Source: Dehalococcoidia bacterium
Lineage (GTDB): Bacteria; Chloroflexota; Dehalococcoidia; Plut-88900
Length of the DNA: 64,000 bases
Assembly (NCBI GenBank): GCA_965207225.1
Contig: CBDBLV010000002.1
Location: forward strand, 378,095-442,094
Direction of reading: 5' to 3'
The position numbers and the translations under genes were made by a program. This document shows, piece by piece, positions 29,053 through 39,300 of this stretch. Below the pieces are notes generated by a model. It saw only the letters and a program-made list of their open reading frames with translations. It did no database searches and had not been told where the DNA came from. Within the stretch, counting starts at the first letter, position 1. Each line of letters starts with the position of its first letter.

Positions 29053-29934
29053 ATGAAGCTAAATCGTCTGTTCAGAGAGTTCCTTCGGGATGAAGTCAAC
29101 CCCAACAGGGATAGGCTTGGCAGGCTATATGTTGGTATAAGAGGTGTGAAGCGCCACCTTGAGACGAATTTGAAGGGATACCAGAGAATCGACCGGCAGG
29201 GGTCGCTTGGCTTAGACACACTCATCAAGCCCGTCCGAGACGATGATGAATATGACGCCGATATCCAAGTCGTAATAGACCCTACGCCCGACTGGGAGCC
29301 CAGAGATTACTTCCAAGCACTTAGCGAAACACTGGCCCAGAACGGTAACTACACAGACAAGATTCGCCTAGGGACCCGCTGCGTCACCCTGGAATTCGCT
29401 AGTAACTTTCACCTCGACATGGTCCCCAGGATCACCAAAGATGGTACCCACCTCATCTGCAATCGGGCGACGAACTGCTTTGAACCGACTGATGGAACGG
29501 GATTCCGAGACTGGTTCAGCGATAAAAGCCGTATTACCAAGGTTAATTTGAAGCGGGTCGTGAGATTGCTAAAGTACCTCAGGGACCGCCAGGACAACTA
29601 CGTTGCAAAGTCCATCCTACTCACCACACTGGCCGGGAACACCATACGATCTTCTGACCGGGGAAAAGAGTCTGTGAGGACTGTGGCGAATACTCTGACT
29701 ACGGTCCTGACTAGGATGGATCGCTATTTGCAAAAGAACCCGACAATGCCGCGAATTGAGAACCCTGCCTTATCATCGGAAGACTTCAACAGGCACTGGG
29801 ACCAAGACAGATATAGCTACTTCAGAAATCGTGTTCACTCCCACACTGCGATAGCTCAGAAAGCCCTGGCTTCGCCGACAATCGAGGACTCGATAAGGCT
29901 CTGGAGAAGGCTGTTCGGCGAGGTCTTCGGCTAG
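29053..29934 (+). CDS. cGAS/DncV-like nucleotidyltransferase (CD-NTase, SMODS)
   Basis: QGS...T.IKP, YDADI, HLDMVP, VRLLKYLRD and terminal WRRLFGE motifs. Confidence 0.88.
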   Translation: MKLNRLFREFLRDEVNPNRDRLGRLYVGIRGVKRHLETNLKGYQRIDRQGSLGLDTLIKPVRDDDEYDADIQVVIDPTPDWEPRDYFQALSETLAQNGNYTDKIRLGTRCVTLEFASNFHLDMVPRITKDGTHLICNRATNCFEPTDGTGFRDWFSDKSRITKVNLKRVVRLLKYLRDRQDNYVAKSILLTTLAGNTIRSSDRGKESVRTVANTLTTVLTRMDRYLQKNPTMPRIENPALSSEDFNRHWDQDRYSYFRNRVHSHTAIAQKALASPTIEDSIRLWRRLFGEVFG

Positions 29935-30016
29935 AGGTGGATTAGCTGAGGTTCAAAGCCACCCTAGAGCTGACTTTGGACGACCCCTAAGACAGAAACT
30001 CAATGGGGCAGGGGAA

Positions 30017-30347
30017 ACACTTACTACCGTCTAACCAGAGATGCCACCTAACGTCCCAAGCTGTCGGAGAAGTCGCGTGGGTGCTCAGATGCGATACTCC
30101 CCCACACTTCGGTCGGGCCTATCCAATGTTCAAAAAGTAACTTGTCCTGCCCATCCCTACGTAGGACGCAGCGGTCAGCTTCTAACGACTAGCAGCCTCA
30201 ATATTCCGCACCGCCGACGGCCTCCCCTACCGTGTGGTGTTTCAGCACAGGAGGGGCTTCAAGGCTACAGTCACCATTCAAGACAGCCTCAGCTTGGGCA
30301 TCGTGCGACAGGGACCAGTCTTACAGAACCAGTCTCTTCGCAACTAA
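30017..30347 (+). pseudogene. Decayed paralog fragment of the downstream Replication-relaxation gene
   Basis: 30165-30347 reads DAAVSF*RLAASI...LGIVRQGPVLQNQSLRN*, matching DSIAVLYQVAAMI...VGVMRQGPTLPSSNLRF of 30614..32665. Confidence 0.6.
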
Positions 30348-30613
30348 CAAAGGGGCAGCCGCAGTATTACCGCAGACACCTAATCTAACGACGCTTCCTG
30401 GCAATGGATGGTTTGATGCATCCACCTTAGGTCTCGGAACACCATGATCTTAGACCACATTCCAACCTCAGTGGTCACACTATGAAGAGCACTTTTAGCT
30501 AATTGTGCTGTCTTGCCTCAAGAATCACTTGCCGCGTTGCATAGAAAACCCTTCCTTGCACCCAACTGCTCAATCACAATGAAATGGAGAGCCACTGTGA
30601 TCAAGGATAGTGA

Positions 30614-32665
30614 ATGACAGCCACGACAAAGGCGAAGCCAAAACAGAGAGCAGGGTCAACAAGCGACCCTGCGTTACCCCTTGCCATTCAATCCTACGTC
30701 CGAACCTACGCCAGGTGCTACGGACTCAAGCAAACCGCCCACGACCTTGGAGTATCCCGCCATACTCTCTGGCGTTTCTTGAACCAGAATCACATGGGCC
30801 GGTCCATACCCCGTGCTGTCCTACGATCTGTGGGACACACAGCAGAAACCCTGAGAATCGCCAGCTTGATTCTGACTTACAAAGCCAAGCAAAGAGGACC
30901 AGACAGCGTAGAACGTTCCCTCCCCGAGACCCTCGAAAACACGCTTATAGACCTTTGTGCTGCTCCCCTAACCACTGTCCAAGAACTCTCGTCTCTGGTT
31001 CGGATACCCATCACCACCCTGAAAGACCAACTCCGCAATCTTGCCAACCAGGGTCTCGTGGATTCTGTGCCCCATCGACTGAGTTTGCTTGGAACCAGGC
31101 CTCGGCACCGTTACTTCCCTACGGAGAATGGCATCATCGCCGGCGCCGTCACCCAAGGACTAGATCACTTTCTGGGGCTCTATCCCGTCTCCCGCCAGTG
31201 GTTCCGGCTTCTTTCCGAGCGGCTGGACTCCATTGCCGTTCTCTACCAAGTTGCCGCCATGATCGCCGACATCGACAATCACAACAAGCCTGTTCGAGTC
31301 GATCTATATCGCCAGGGCCCCTACGACATGCTCATCACCCTCTACGGCGGGCGGTCCGTGGGCGTTATGCGCCAAGGCCCGACTCTCCCTTCTTCCAACC
31401 TCCGTTTTCGCGTCAGGAGTATGGAACAACTGCATTACAGCAGGAAACCCACCGTAACTCTCATACTCACCTTCTCCGGCCCGGCAACCCGCCGAGCCAT
31501 CCGTACCCTTGGGGACCCCTGGGAGCACCGCACCACCTTCGTAGCAACTGAGGGAGAACTACTAGCCGGAGACTCTTGGTCCCTTGTCTGGCAGCAGTGT
31601 GGAGACGGTAGGGACCTAAATCCCCCGACGAAGATAGAACCCGAGGTGAGCCTCCGGACCATACTCGCCTGGACCGAACGGCTTGTCGGCGCCTCCCGCA
31701 CCGACCAAACCGAGGAACGTATGCCCGATCCCGATGCCCTCTATTCCTCCGACGTCCGTATTGACATGCCCGAACCGACGGGCCAGTTGAAAGAGTCTCT
31801 TTCAATCCAGCTGACCGGCGCCGAGAAAGAAATGCTCGACCTGCTTGCAGCCTCGCCCCTGTCCACCCGGAAGCAGCTCGCCGGGCTGATGGGAGGAGTC
31901 ACCACTCATCGATCAGGACAGATAGTTCGCTCTCTTACGAAACGTTACCTGGTATCGACCCACGGCGCCCACCACTTTCTCACCGACGAGGGCATCACCT
32001 GCCTTGCACGTAGGGATCGTGCCGCGGTGGGGCCCCTTCTCGACCACTGGACCGCAGAGACTGGATACCATCCCGTGAGTCTCGACGCCCACCCGGAGCC
32101 CATCTACCCCGGGAGCACCTTGCGCACCATCATCTCCCAGTTGGAACACCACAACGGCATCACTGACTTTGCCGCCGCCTTGATGGCCGAGGCAGCCCTT
32201 TCCCCGGACTACGAGGTGTTGGATCTGCTGCCGACATCCCGCTCGACCATCGGGTACTGGTACTCGTGGACAAACTACGTGCTACACCCGGATGCCTCTT
32301 TCACCCTAGCTTACAAAGGCAGATGGGTTCCATGTTTGCTGGAGTTCGAGAGGAGGGCCACGACACCAAAGCGTATCCCGGCCCGCTTGGAGTCCTACCG
32401 ACGGTATTTCCAGAGCGGCTGGGCAGAAAGGGACCACGGGGGCCAACCGCCCCTGGTCCTGTTCGTCTTCGAGACCCGGCATGACGAAAACACCTTCCTG
32501 AGAGTTGTTTCCAAACTGGAGTCGGCGCCCATCTTCACCACCAATGTCCAGACTCTAGATGAAAGAGGAGTGTTAGGTCAGTCATGGAGGACGCCCCTGT
32601 CCCATCTCTCGACCCGATTGACACTGAAATCGCTTACCGCCACAGATGTCCCATTGTCCCACTAA
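30614..32665 (+). CDS. Replication-relaxation (Replic_Relax) family protein with N-terminal HTH/wHTH
   Basis: C-terminal EHHNGI...HPDA...LLEFER...RLESY pattern; TAHDLGVSRHTLWR HTH. Confidence 0.75.
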   Translation: MTATTKAKPKQRAGSTSDPALPLAIQSYVRTYARCYGLKQTAHDLGVSRHTLWRFLNQNHMGRSIPRAVLRSVGHTAETLRIASLILTYKAKQRGPDSVERSLPETLENTLIDLCAAPLTTVQELSSLVRIPITTLKDQLRNLANQGLVDSVPHRLSLLGTRPRHRYFPTENGIIAGAVTQGLDHFLGLYPVSRQWFRLLSERLDSIAVLYQVAAMIADIDNHNKPVRVDLYRQGPYDMLITLYGGRSVGVMRQGPTLPSSNLRFRVRSMEQLHYSRKPTVTLILTFSGPATRRAIRTLGDPWEHRTTFVATEGELLAGDSWSLVWQQCGDGRDLNPPTKIEPEVSLRTILAWTERLVGASRTDQTEERMPDPDALYSSDVRIDMPEPTGQLKESLSIQLTGAEKEMLDLLAASPLSTRKQLAGLMGGVTTHRSGQIVRSLTKRYLVSTHGAHHFLTDEGITCLARRDRAAVGPLLDHWTAETGYHPVSLDAHPEPIYPGSTLRTIISQLEHHNGITDFAAALMAEAALSPDYEVLDLLPTSRSTIGYWYSWTNYVLHPDASFTLAYKGRWVPCLLEFERRATTPKRIPARLESYRRYFQSGWAERDHGGQPPLVLFVFETRHDENTFLRVVSKLESAPIFTTNVQTLDERGVLGQSWRTPLSHLSTRLTLKSLTATDVPLSH

Positions 32666-32836
32666 CACCGTCCCAGGGACTTCCTGTAGGGGGGACACCA
32701 GCATAGCTGGACAGGACATCGATTCCTTGTCTGACCCCACCACGGGGAATTGGGGGCATTTGTTGCAGAACTAACTAGCTAGGAAGCCATCAGACGAGGA
32801 TCAAGACCAAGTCCCGCAGGGCTTGCATAAGACGAA

Positions 32837-32857
32837 TTGACGTGTCTAACACGTCAA
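32837..32857. promoter_or_regulatory. Perfect palindromic operator candidate
   Basis: TTGACGTGT-CTA-ACACGTCAA 50 bp upstream of an HTH gene. Confidence 0.6.
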
Positions 32858-32907
32858 ACGTGACGTGAGTGAGACAGCTTAGCGGCACATCCGGTAGGGA
32901 ACCACAG

Positions 32908-33096
32908 ATGAGATTGCTGACTAAAGGCGAGGCATGCAGGGAGCTGGGGATGTCTCTGTCCACCCTTGACAGGCGGATCTCCACGGGTGACCTCATGGTC
33001 CGGCGAGAACCGCGTGGCCGGCGACACAAGGTCTTCGTTGTGAATGATGACGGCCCTCACGACACAGACATCGCCACTATGTTTAATCATCTATAA
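32908..33096 (+). CDS. Excisionase/AlpA-like HTH protein (possibly truncated)
   Basis: LLTKGEACRELGMSLSTLDRRISTGDL. Confidence 0.7.
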   Translation: MRLLTKGEACRELGMSLSTLDRRISTGDLMVRREPRGRRHKVFVVNDDGPHDTDIATMFNHL

Positions 33097-33382
33097 TCGG
33101 TTACGTGAAGCTCTTCTCCGCAGGACTCCAAATCTGTCCACAGGGACAAGTTATACGTGTCTCCTTCATTGCGACTACCAGGGGAGACATTTAGCACACG
33201 GTACGAGTAGGCCCACCACCGCTTACGGTAGATACCGCCATCTTCGAGATGCGGCTCGGTAGCCTGTCGGCGCACCGAGGGCTTGCGATTCCTGTAGTTT
33301 GATGCATCGGACAGAGGGACGGCAGGAGTGTCACACCGGGGCCTGAGTGGACGGTAGAACCCTCCGGGTTCATCGCTACCTC

Positions 33383-36300
33383 CGGTTCATCCCCCACGTG
33401 CGTGGGGACGGCTGCGCGATGTGCTGTATGTGTTTAGCGACCCGCGGTTCACCCCCACGTGCGTGGGGACGGCCACTGCTCGATACGCTGTCGAGCTAGT
33501 TCTGCCGGTTCACCCCCACGTGCGTGGGGACGGCTTTTCACGGCGGCTCCTTTGTTAGTACAGTCCCGGTTCACCCCCACGTGCGTGGGGACGGCGGCTC
33601 TTGGGCACGGCCGTTGGCGGGGTTTTCGGTTCACCCCCACGTGCGTGGGGACGGCTTTTCACGGCGGCTCCTTTGTTAGTACAGTCCCGGTTCACCCCCA
33701 CGTGCGTGGGGACGGCGGCTCTTGGGCACGGCCGTTGGCGGGGTTTTCGGTTCACCCCCACGTGCGTGGGGACGGCGTGATGATCGCGACGATAGCCGTT
33801 GACTCAATCGGTTCACCCCCACGTGCGTGGGGACGGCTGGCCAAACTGGTCCCAGATCGTCATGTAGTCCGGTTCACCCCCACGTGCGTGGGGACGGCTA
33901 CAGCAACGGGACCGCAGTCGGCCGCCACAGCGGTTCACCCCCGCGTGCGTGGGGACGGCGGCCGCGGAACAGGCGATCAGGGTCGGCGCGTGGGTTCACC
34001 CCCGCGTGCGTGGGGACGGCGGACCAACATCGGCATCGGCCCCATCTGGAAGCGGTTCACCCCCACGTGCGTGGGGACGGCGGCGGAAGAGACCTGCCCC
34101 CCGCGCCATTCCTCGGTTCACCCCCACGTGCGTGGGGACGGCATTCGCTGCTGCGTTGTTACTGGGTATGTTTACGGTTCACCCCCACGTGCGTGGGGAC
34201 GGCGACTGACTATGGGCGGTTGCGTCGGATGGACGGGGTTCACCCCCACGTGCGTGGGGACGGCGGCTGGCAGCGAGAACATGGCCTGTGCGATCTCGGT
34301 TCACCCCCACGTGCGTGGGGACGGCCCGCGCCCTTATGCGCGGAGCGCGACGGCCCCGGTTCACCCCCACGTGCGTGGGGACGGCGGCTGGCAGCGAGAA
34401 CATGGCCTGTGCGATCTCGGTTCACCCCCACGTGCGTGGGGACGGCCTCTTCGTCGGCCCTGGCCTGTGCTGCGGCCTCGGTTCACCCCCACGTGCGTGG
34501 GGACGGCCAGGCGTCGTCGTCACACGCGTCGTTGCACGCCGGTTCACCCCCACGTGCGTGGGGACGGCTGCTCTGTCTGGAGCACTCCCGCCGGGCATTA
34601 CGGTTCACCCCCACGTGCGTGGGGACGGCCCCGTGCGGACGGTGAACTTGCGACGACAGTCCGGTTCACCCCCACGTGCGTGGGGACGGCCGCAAGCCGT
34701 CCCTCAACCCATTTATGACTTGCGGTTCACCCCCACGTGCGTGGGGACGGCACGGTCGATGGCCAGGAGGTTCCCGACAAGGACGGTTCACCCCCACGTG
34801 CGTGGGGACGGCTGTTTGCGATGTGTGTCTTTAATGCTGCCTTGCGGTTCACCCCCACGTGCGTGGGGACGGCGTGTCGTAGAGTGCTCCTGACACGTTC
34901 CCTTTCGGTTCACCCCCACGTGCGTGGGGACGGCTACTTGCAGGCGTTGCAGTGGTAGAGAGGAGTCGGTTCACCCCCACGTGCGTGGGGACGGCTACTT
35001 GCAGGCGTTGCAGTGGTAGAGAGGAGTCGGTTCACCCCCACGTGCGTGGGGACGGCTGCAGGTCGTAGCTGCACTCCGCGACAATGGTCGGTTCACCCCC
35101 ACGTGCGTGGGGACGGCCATCACGTCCTCCTTACCACAACTCTACCTTACGGTTCACCCCCACGTGCGTGGGGACGGCTTTGTCTGCTCTCTGGTCGCCC
35201 TGGCCGACCACGGTTCACCCCCACGTGCGTGGGGACGGCCACCCTCCTGAAGGCCAAAGCGGGCGCGGTATCGGTTCACCCCCACGTGCGTGGGGACGGC
35301 GTCGCTAAGAGCCAGCGCAATAAGTCTATTGACGGTTCACCCCCACGTGCGTGGGGACGGCTTCTCAAGCGCGGAGTCGGCGTCCTGCAGGGCCGGTTCA
35401 CCCCCACGTGCGTGGGGACGGCTCCTTGACGCCGAACCGGTCGAGCACGATGTCCGGTTCACCCCCACGTGCGTGGGGACGGCGGAATGTTTCGAGAGAA
35501 GATCAACGCGGGCGCCGGTTCACCCCCACGTGCGTGGGGACGGCCGCGAGAAGCCGCAGGAGAGCCGTAGGACGCACGGTTCACCCCCACGTGCGTGGGG
35601 ACGGCTACAAGCCCTGGGGACGTGGCCGGCTGATGGTCGGTTCACCCCCACGTGCGTGGGGACGGCGCCGCGGGGCTGGTTCTGGTGGCAACTCTGTACG
35701 GTTCACCCCCACGTGCGTGGGGACGGCGGTCAATGTGGGCCCCGATGGCCGGATAGCCTCGGTTCACCCCCACGTGCGTGGGGACGGCGCTTACCCGCCG
35801 AAACCCGTATCAGCGATCCGCGGTTCACCCCCACGTGCGTGGGGACGGCTTTTGGGCAGTGCCCTTTCTTGATGCTCTAATCGGTTCACCCCCACGTGCG
35901 TGGGGACGGCGGGGAATGTACTGGTCGCTCGATTACAGCTTACGGTTCACCCCCACGTGCGTGGGGACGGCTGTGTCAGCCACCCATCCTCCGCCGAAGT
36001 CGTGCGGTTCACCCCCACGTGCGTGGGGACGGCGCTCTGGCGCGACCGTTGCGGCGGCCACAGCACGGTTCACCCCCACGTGCGTGGGGACGGCTCTCCA
36101 ACGCCTCCTGTCTGTTCGGGTGGCACCGGTTCACCCCCACGTGCGTGGGGACGGCGCCTGTGGGCGTGCTGTCGTCCACGACCTCCTCGGTTCACCCCCA
36201 CGTGCGTGGGGACGGCGGCTGGAGACTCCACCATCGGGGTCGGAGAGACGGTTCACCCCCACGTGCGTGGGGACGGCGCACTCAGAGTTCAGACGGTGGG

Positions 36301-39300
36301 CCGCCCTTACGGTTCACCCCCACGTGCGTGGGGACGGCTCCCATTTGCCAGCGAAGCTGGATCGACGGGACGGTTCACCCCCACGTGCGTGGGGACGGCG
36401 CTCTGGTGGGCACGGGGGCGGCGCGGTTCCACGGTTCACCCCCATGTGCGTGGGGACGGCTAGGGAGTAACCCATCCATCATTGTTCCCTCACGGTTCAC
36501 CCCCACGTGCGTGGGGACGGCGGCGCCACCAGGAGCCCCGCCAGGGCGATGCCCGGTTCACCCCCACGTGCGTGGGGACGGCTCGAAAAGTACGATCGGA
36601 CCGGAGTCGTCACGCGGTTCACCCCCACGTGCGTGGGGACGGCGTGGTGAACAGGCGTAAGACGACGCAGGGCGTCGGTTCACCCCCACGTGCGTGGGGA
36701 CGGCGCCCAAAACATGGTCTTGCGCCTCCGCTATAACGGTTCACCCCCACGTGCGTGGGGACGGCCGCCGCCAGTACCCGGCTGTTTCCCAGCTTCGCGG
36801 TTCACCCCCACGTGCGTGGGGACGGCTACGTCGCTGACGTTGCGCCAAGCGAGTTTGACGGTTCACCCCCACGTGCGTGGGGACGGCGCGCCTCAGCCTG
36901 GCGTCCTGACCCTTGTTCACGGTTCACCCCCACGTGCGTGGGGACGGCCAACCATCAACCCCTGTGGATGCCGCATACTTCGGTTCACCCCCACGTGCGT
37001 GGGGACGGCGGACGACGACGACGACGGTCCCGTGCCGGTTCCGGTTCACCCCCACGTGCGTGGGGACGGCAGGGTCCCGCGCCTCCACGCCTCGAACAGG
37101 CCGCCTTCACCCCCACGTGCGTGGGGACGGCAGCTTAGCCAGCCGTTTACGGGCTAGCTCTGCCGGTTCACCCCCACGTGCGTGGGGACGGCCAGCTCGA
37201 GGGCGTGTTGGGCGGCGTCGAGGACGGTTCACCCCCACGTGCGTGGGGACGGCTTCAGCGTCCGTAAGCGCCGCTCCTAGCGTAGCGGTTCACCCCCACG
37301 TGCGTGGGGACGGCCCTGGGACTACTACTCTACCCAATTGGTTCCCCGGTTCACCCCCACGTGCGTGGGGACGGCTCTGATAATGTAGTTATCAGGTCTA
37401 CGGCATCCGGTTCACCCCCACGTGCGTGGGGACGGCGACTACTTCAGATCCCGACACCACCTAGGAGACGGTTCACCCCCACGTGCGTGGGGACGGCATC
37501 TACTCCGGTTTAGGCGATGTTGTAGCTAACGGTTCACCCCCACGTGCGTGGGGACGGCTCATAGCGGAGGCGCAGGACCATGTTTTGGGCCGGTTCACCC
37601 CCACGTGCGTGGGGACGGCGCTGTCCAGCGGTTTCCGGCGGGGGACGTGATCGGTTCACCCCCACGTGCGTGGGGACGGCAACACCCCCGAATGTACCGT
37701 CAAACGCTATTTCGGTTCACCCCCACGTGCGTGGGGACGGCGTTGTGGTGTCATAACCCAATTCCCGTAAGTTCGGTTCACCCCCACGTGCGTGGGGACG
37801 GCCAACTTGGCCAACCGCTTACGGGCTAGCTCGGCGGTTCACCCCCACGTGCGTGGGGACGGCTCGTGGAAACGGCGGGTTGTTCGTCTTCGTGCCGGTT
37901 CACCCCCACGTGCGTGGGGACGGCGGAGGGCTACTCATACTCCTCCTGGGCCTCAACGGTTCACCCCCACGTGCGTGGGGACGGCGCCGGTGTTCCGCGG
38001 CTACAGGGGCTGACCCCCGGTTCACCCCCACGTGCGTGGGGACGGCCCGGCCCACCTTTTACATACGTAAGCGCCGGCCGGTTCACCCCCACGTGCGTGG
38101 GGACGGCGCCTTCCATCGGCCCGGGTGGTACCTAGACACCGGTTCACCCCCACGTGCGTGGGGACGGCTGCCGTTAAGTCATTGGCGGTCATATCTACCT
38201 CGGTTCACCCCCACGTGCGTGGGGACGGCTGCCGACCAGTCCAGCAGACCGGCCATGCGACCGGTTCACCCCCACGTGCGTGGGGACGGCGACGTACACC
38301 TCCAGACGGCTGTCGCAGGGCTCGGTTCACCCCCACGTGCGTGGGGACGGCTTATAGCTAGTTTTCAGGTTCATTGGCAAGGACGGTTCACCCCCACGTG
38401 CGTGGGGACGGCGACACCCTTTCCTGTGCGTCCGTAACCGCGCCCGGTTCACCCCCACGTGCGTGGGGACGGCGTCGCCAGGGCTGTCTCAGCGCTCTGT
38501 AGAGCCGGTTCACCCCCACGTGCGTGGGGACGGCTCAGGTAGAAGACACTGATAGGGCGCAACTTGCGGTTCACCCCCACGTGCGTGGGGACGGCTTCCG
38601 GTACCCTTCCGGGCGGTCGGCGGCCCGCGGTTCACCCCCACGTGCGTGGGGACGGCGTGACTTCCACGGGCGCGATCCCGACGGCCGCCGGTTCACCCCC
38701 ACGTGCGTGGGGACGGCGGAAACGCCGCCCTACGGCGTCCCTGGGTGCGCGGTTCACCCCCACGTGCGTGGGGACGGCGCCGCCGCCGCCATCATTCCAG
38801 ACATAGACGCCGGTTCACCCCCACGTGCGTGGGGACGGCGAGCTTGCGCCCCATCGCTATGAACCTCACCGCGGTTCACCCCCACGTGCGTGGGGACGGC
38901 GGCAACGAGAATGACCGCGCCCTTGTCCGCCACGGTTCACCCCCACGTGCGTGGGGACGGCGAAGACGTAACCATTTGCCAGAGCGCGACCAGCGGTTCA
39001 CCCCCACGTGCGTGGGGACGGCGCCGCGGTGACGACCTCGCCGCCTTGCCAGCGCGGTTCACCCCCACGTGCGTGGGGACGGCTCGGCGGCGTCGCCTTC
39101 CGCAAGCCGATCCAACGGTTCACCCCCACGTGCGTGGGGACGGCCACATCCGGTGTAGGACGGCGGGTAATCGTTTCGGTTCACCCCCACGTGCGTGGGG
39201 ACGGCGTGCAAGTGCGGTCCCGTAGAAGACCCCAATGCGGTTCACCCCCACGTGCGTGGGGACGGCCGGTCCGTCGCCGCCTGGACACACTGCCGCCGCG

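Noticed and set aside
33300-33382. Possible extra degenerate CRISPR repeat beyond the terminal one
   Set aside because: Only GGACGG and GGTTCA fragments match; too weak
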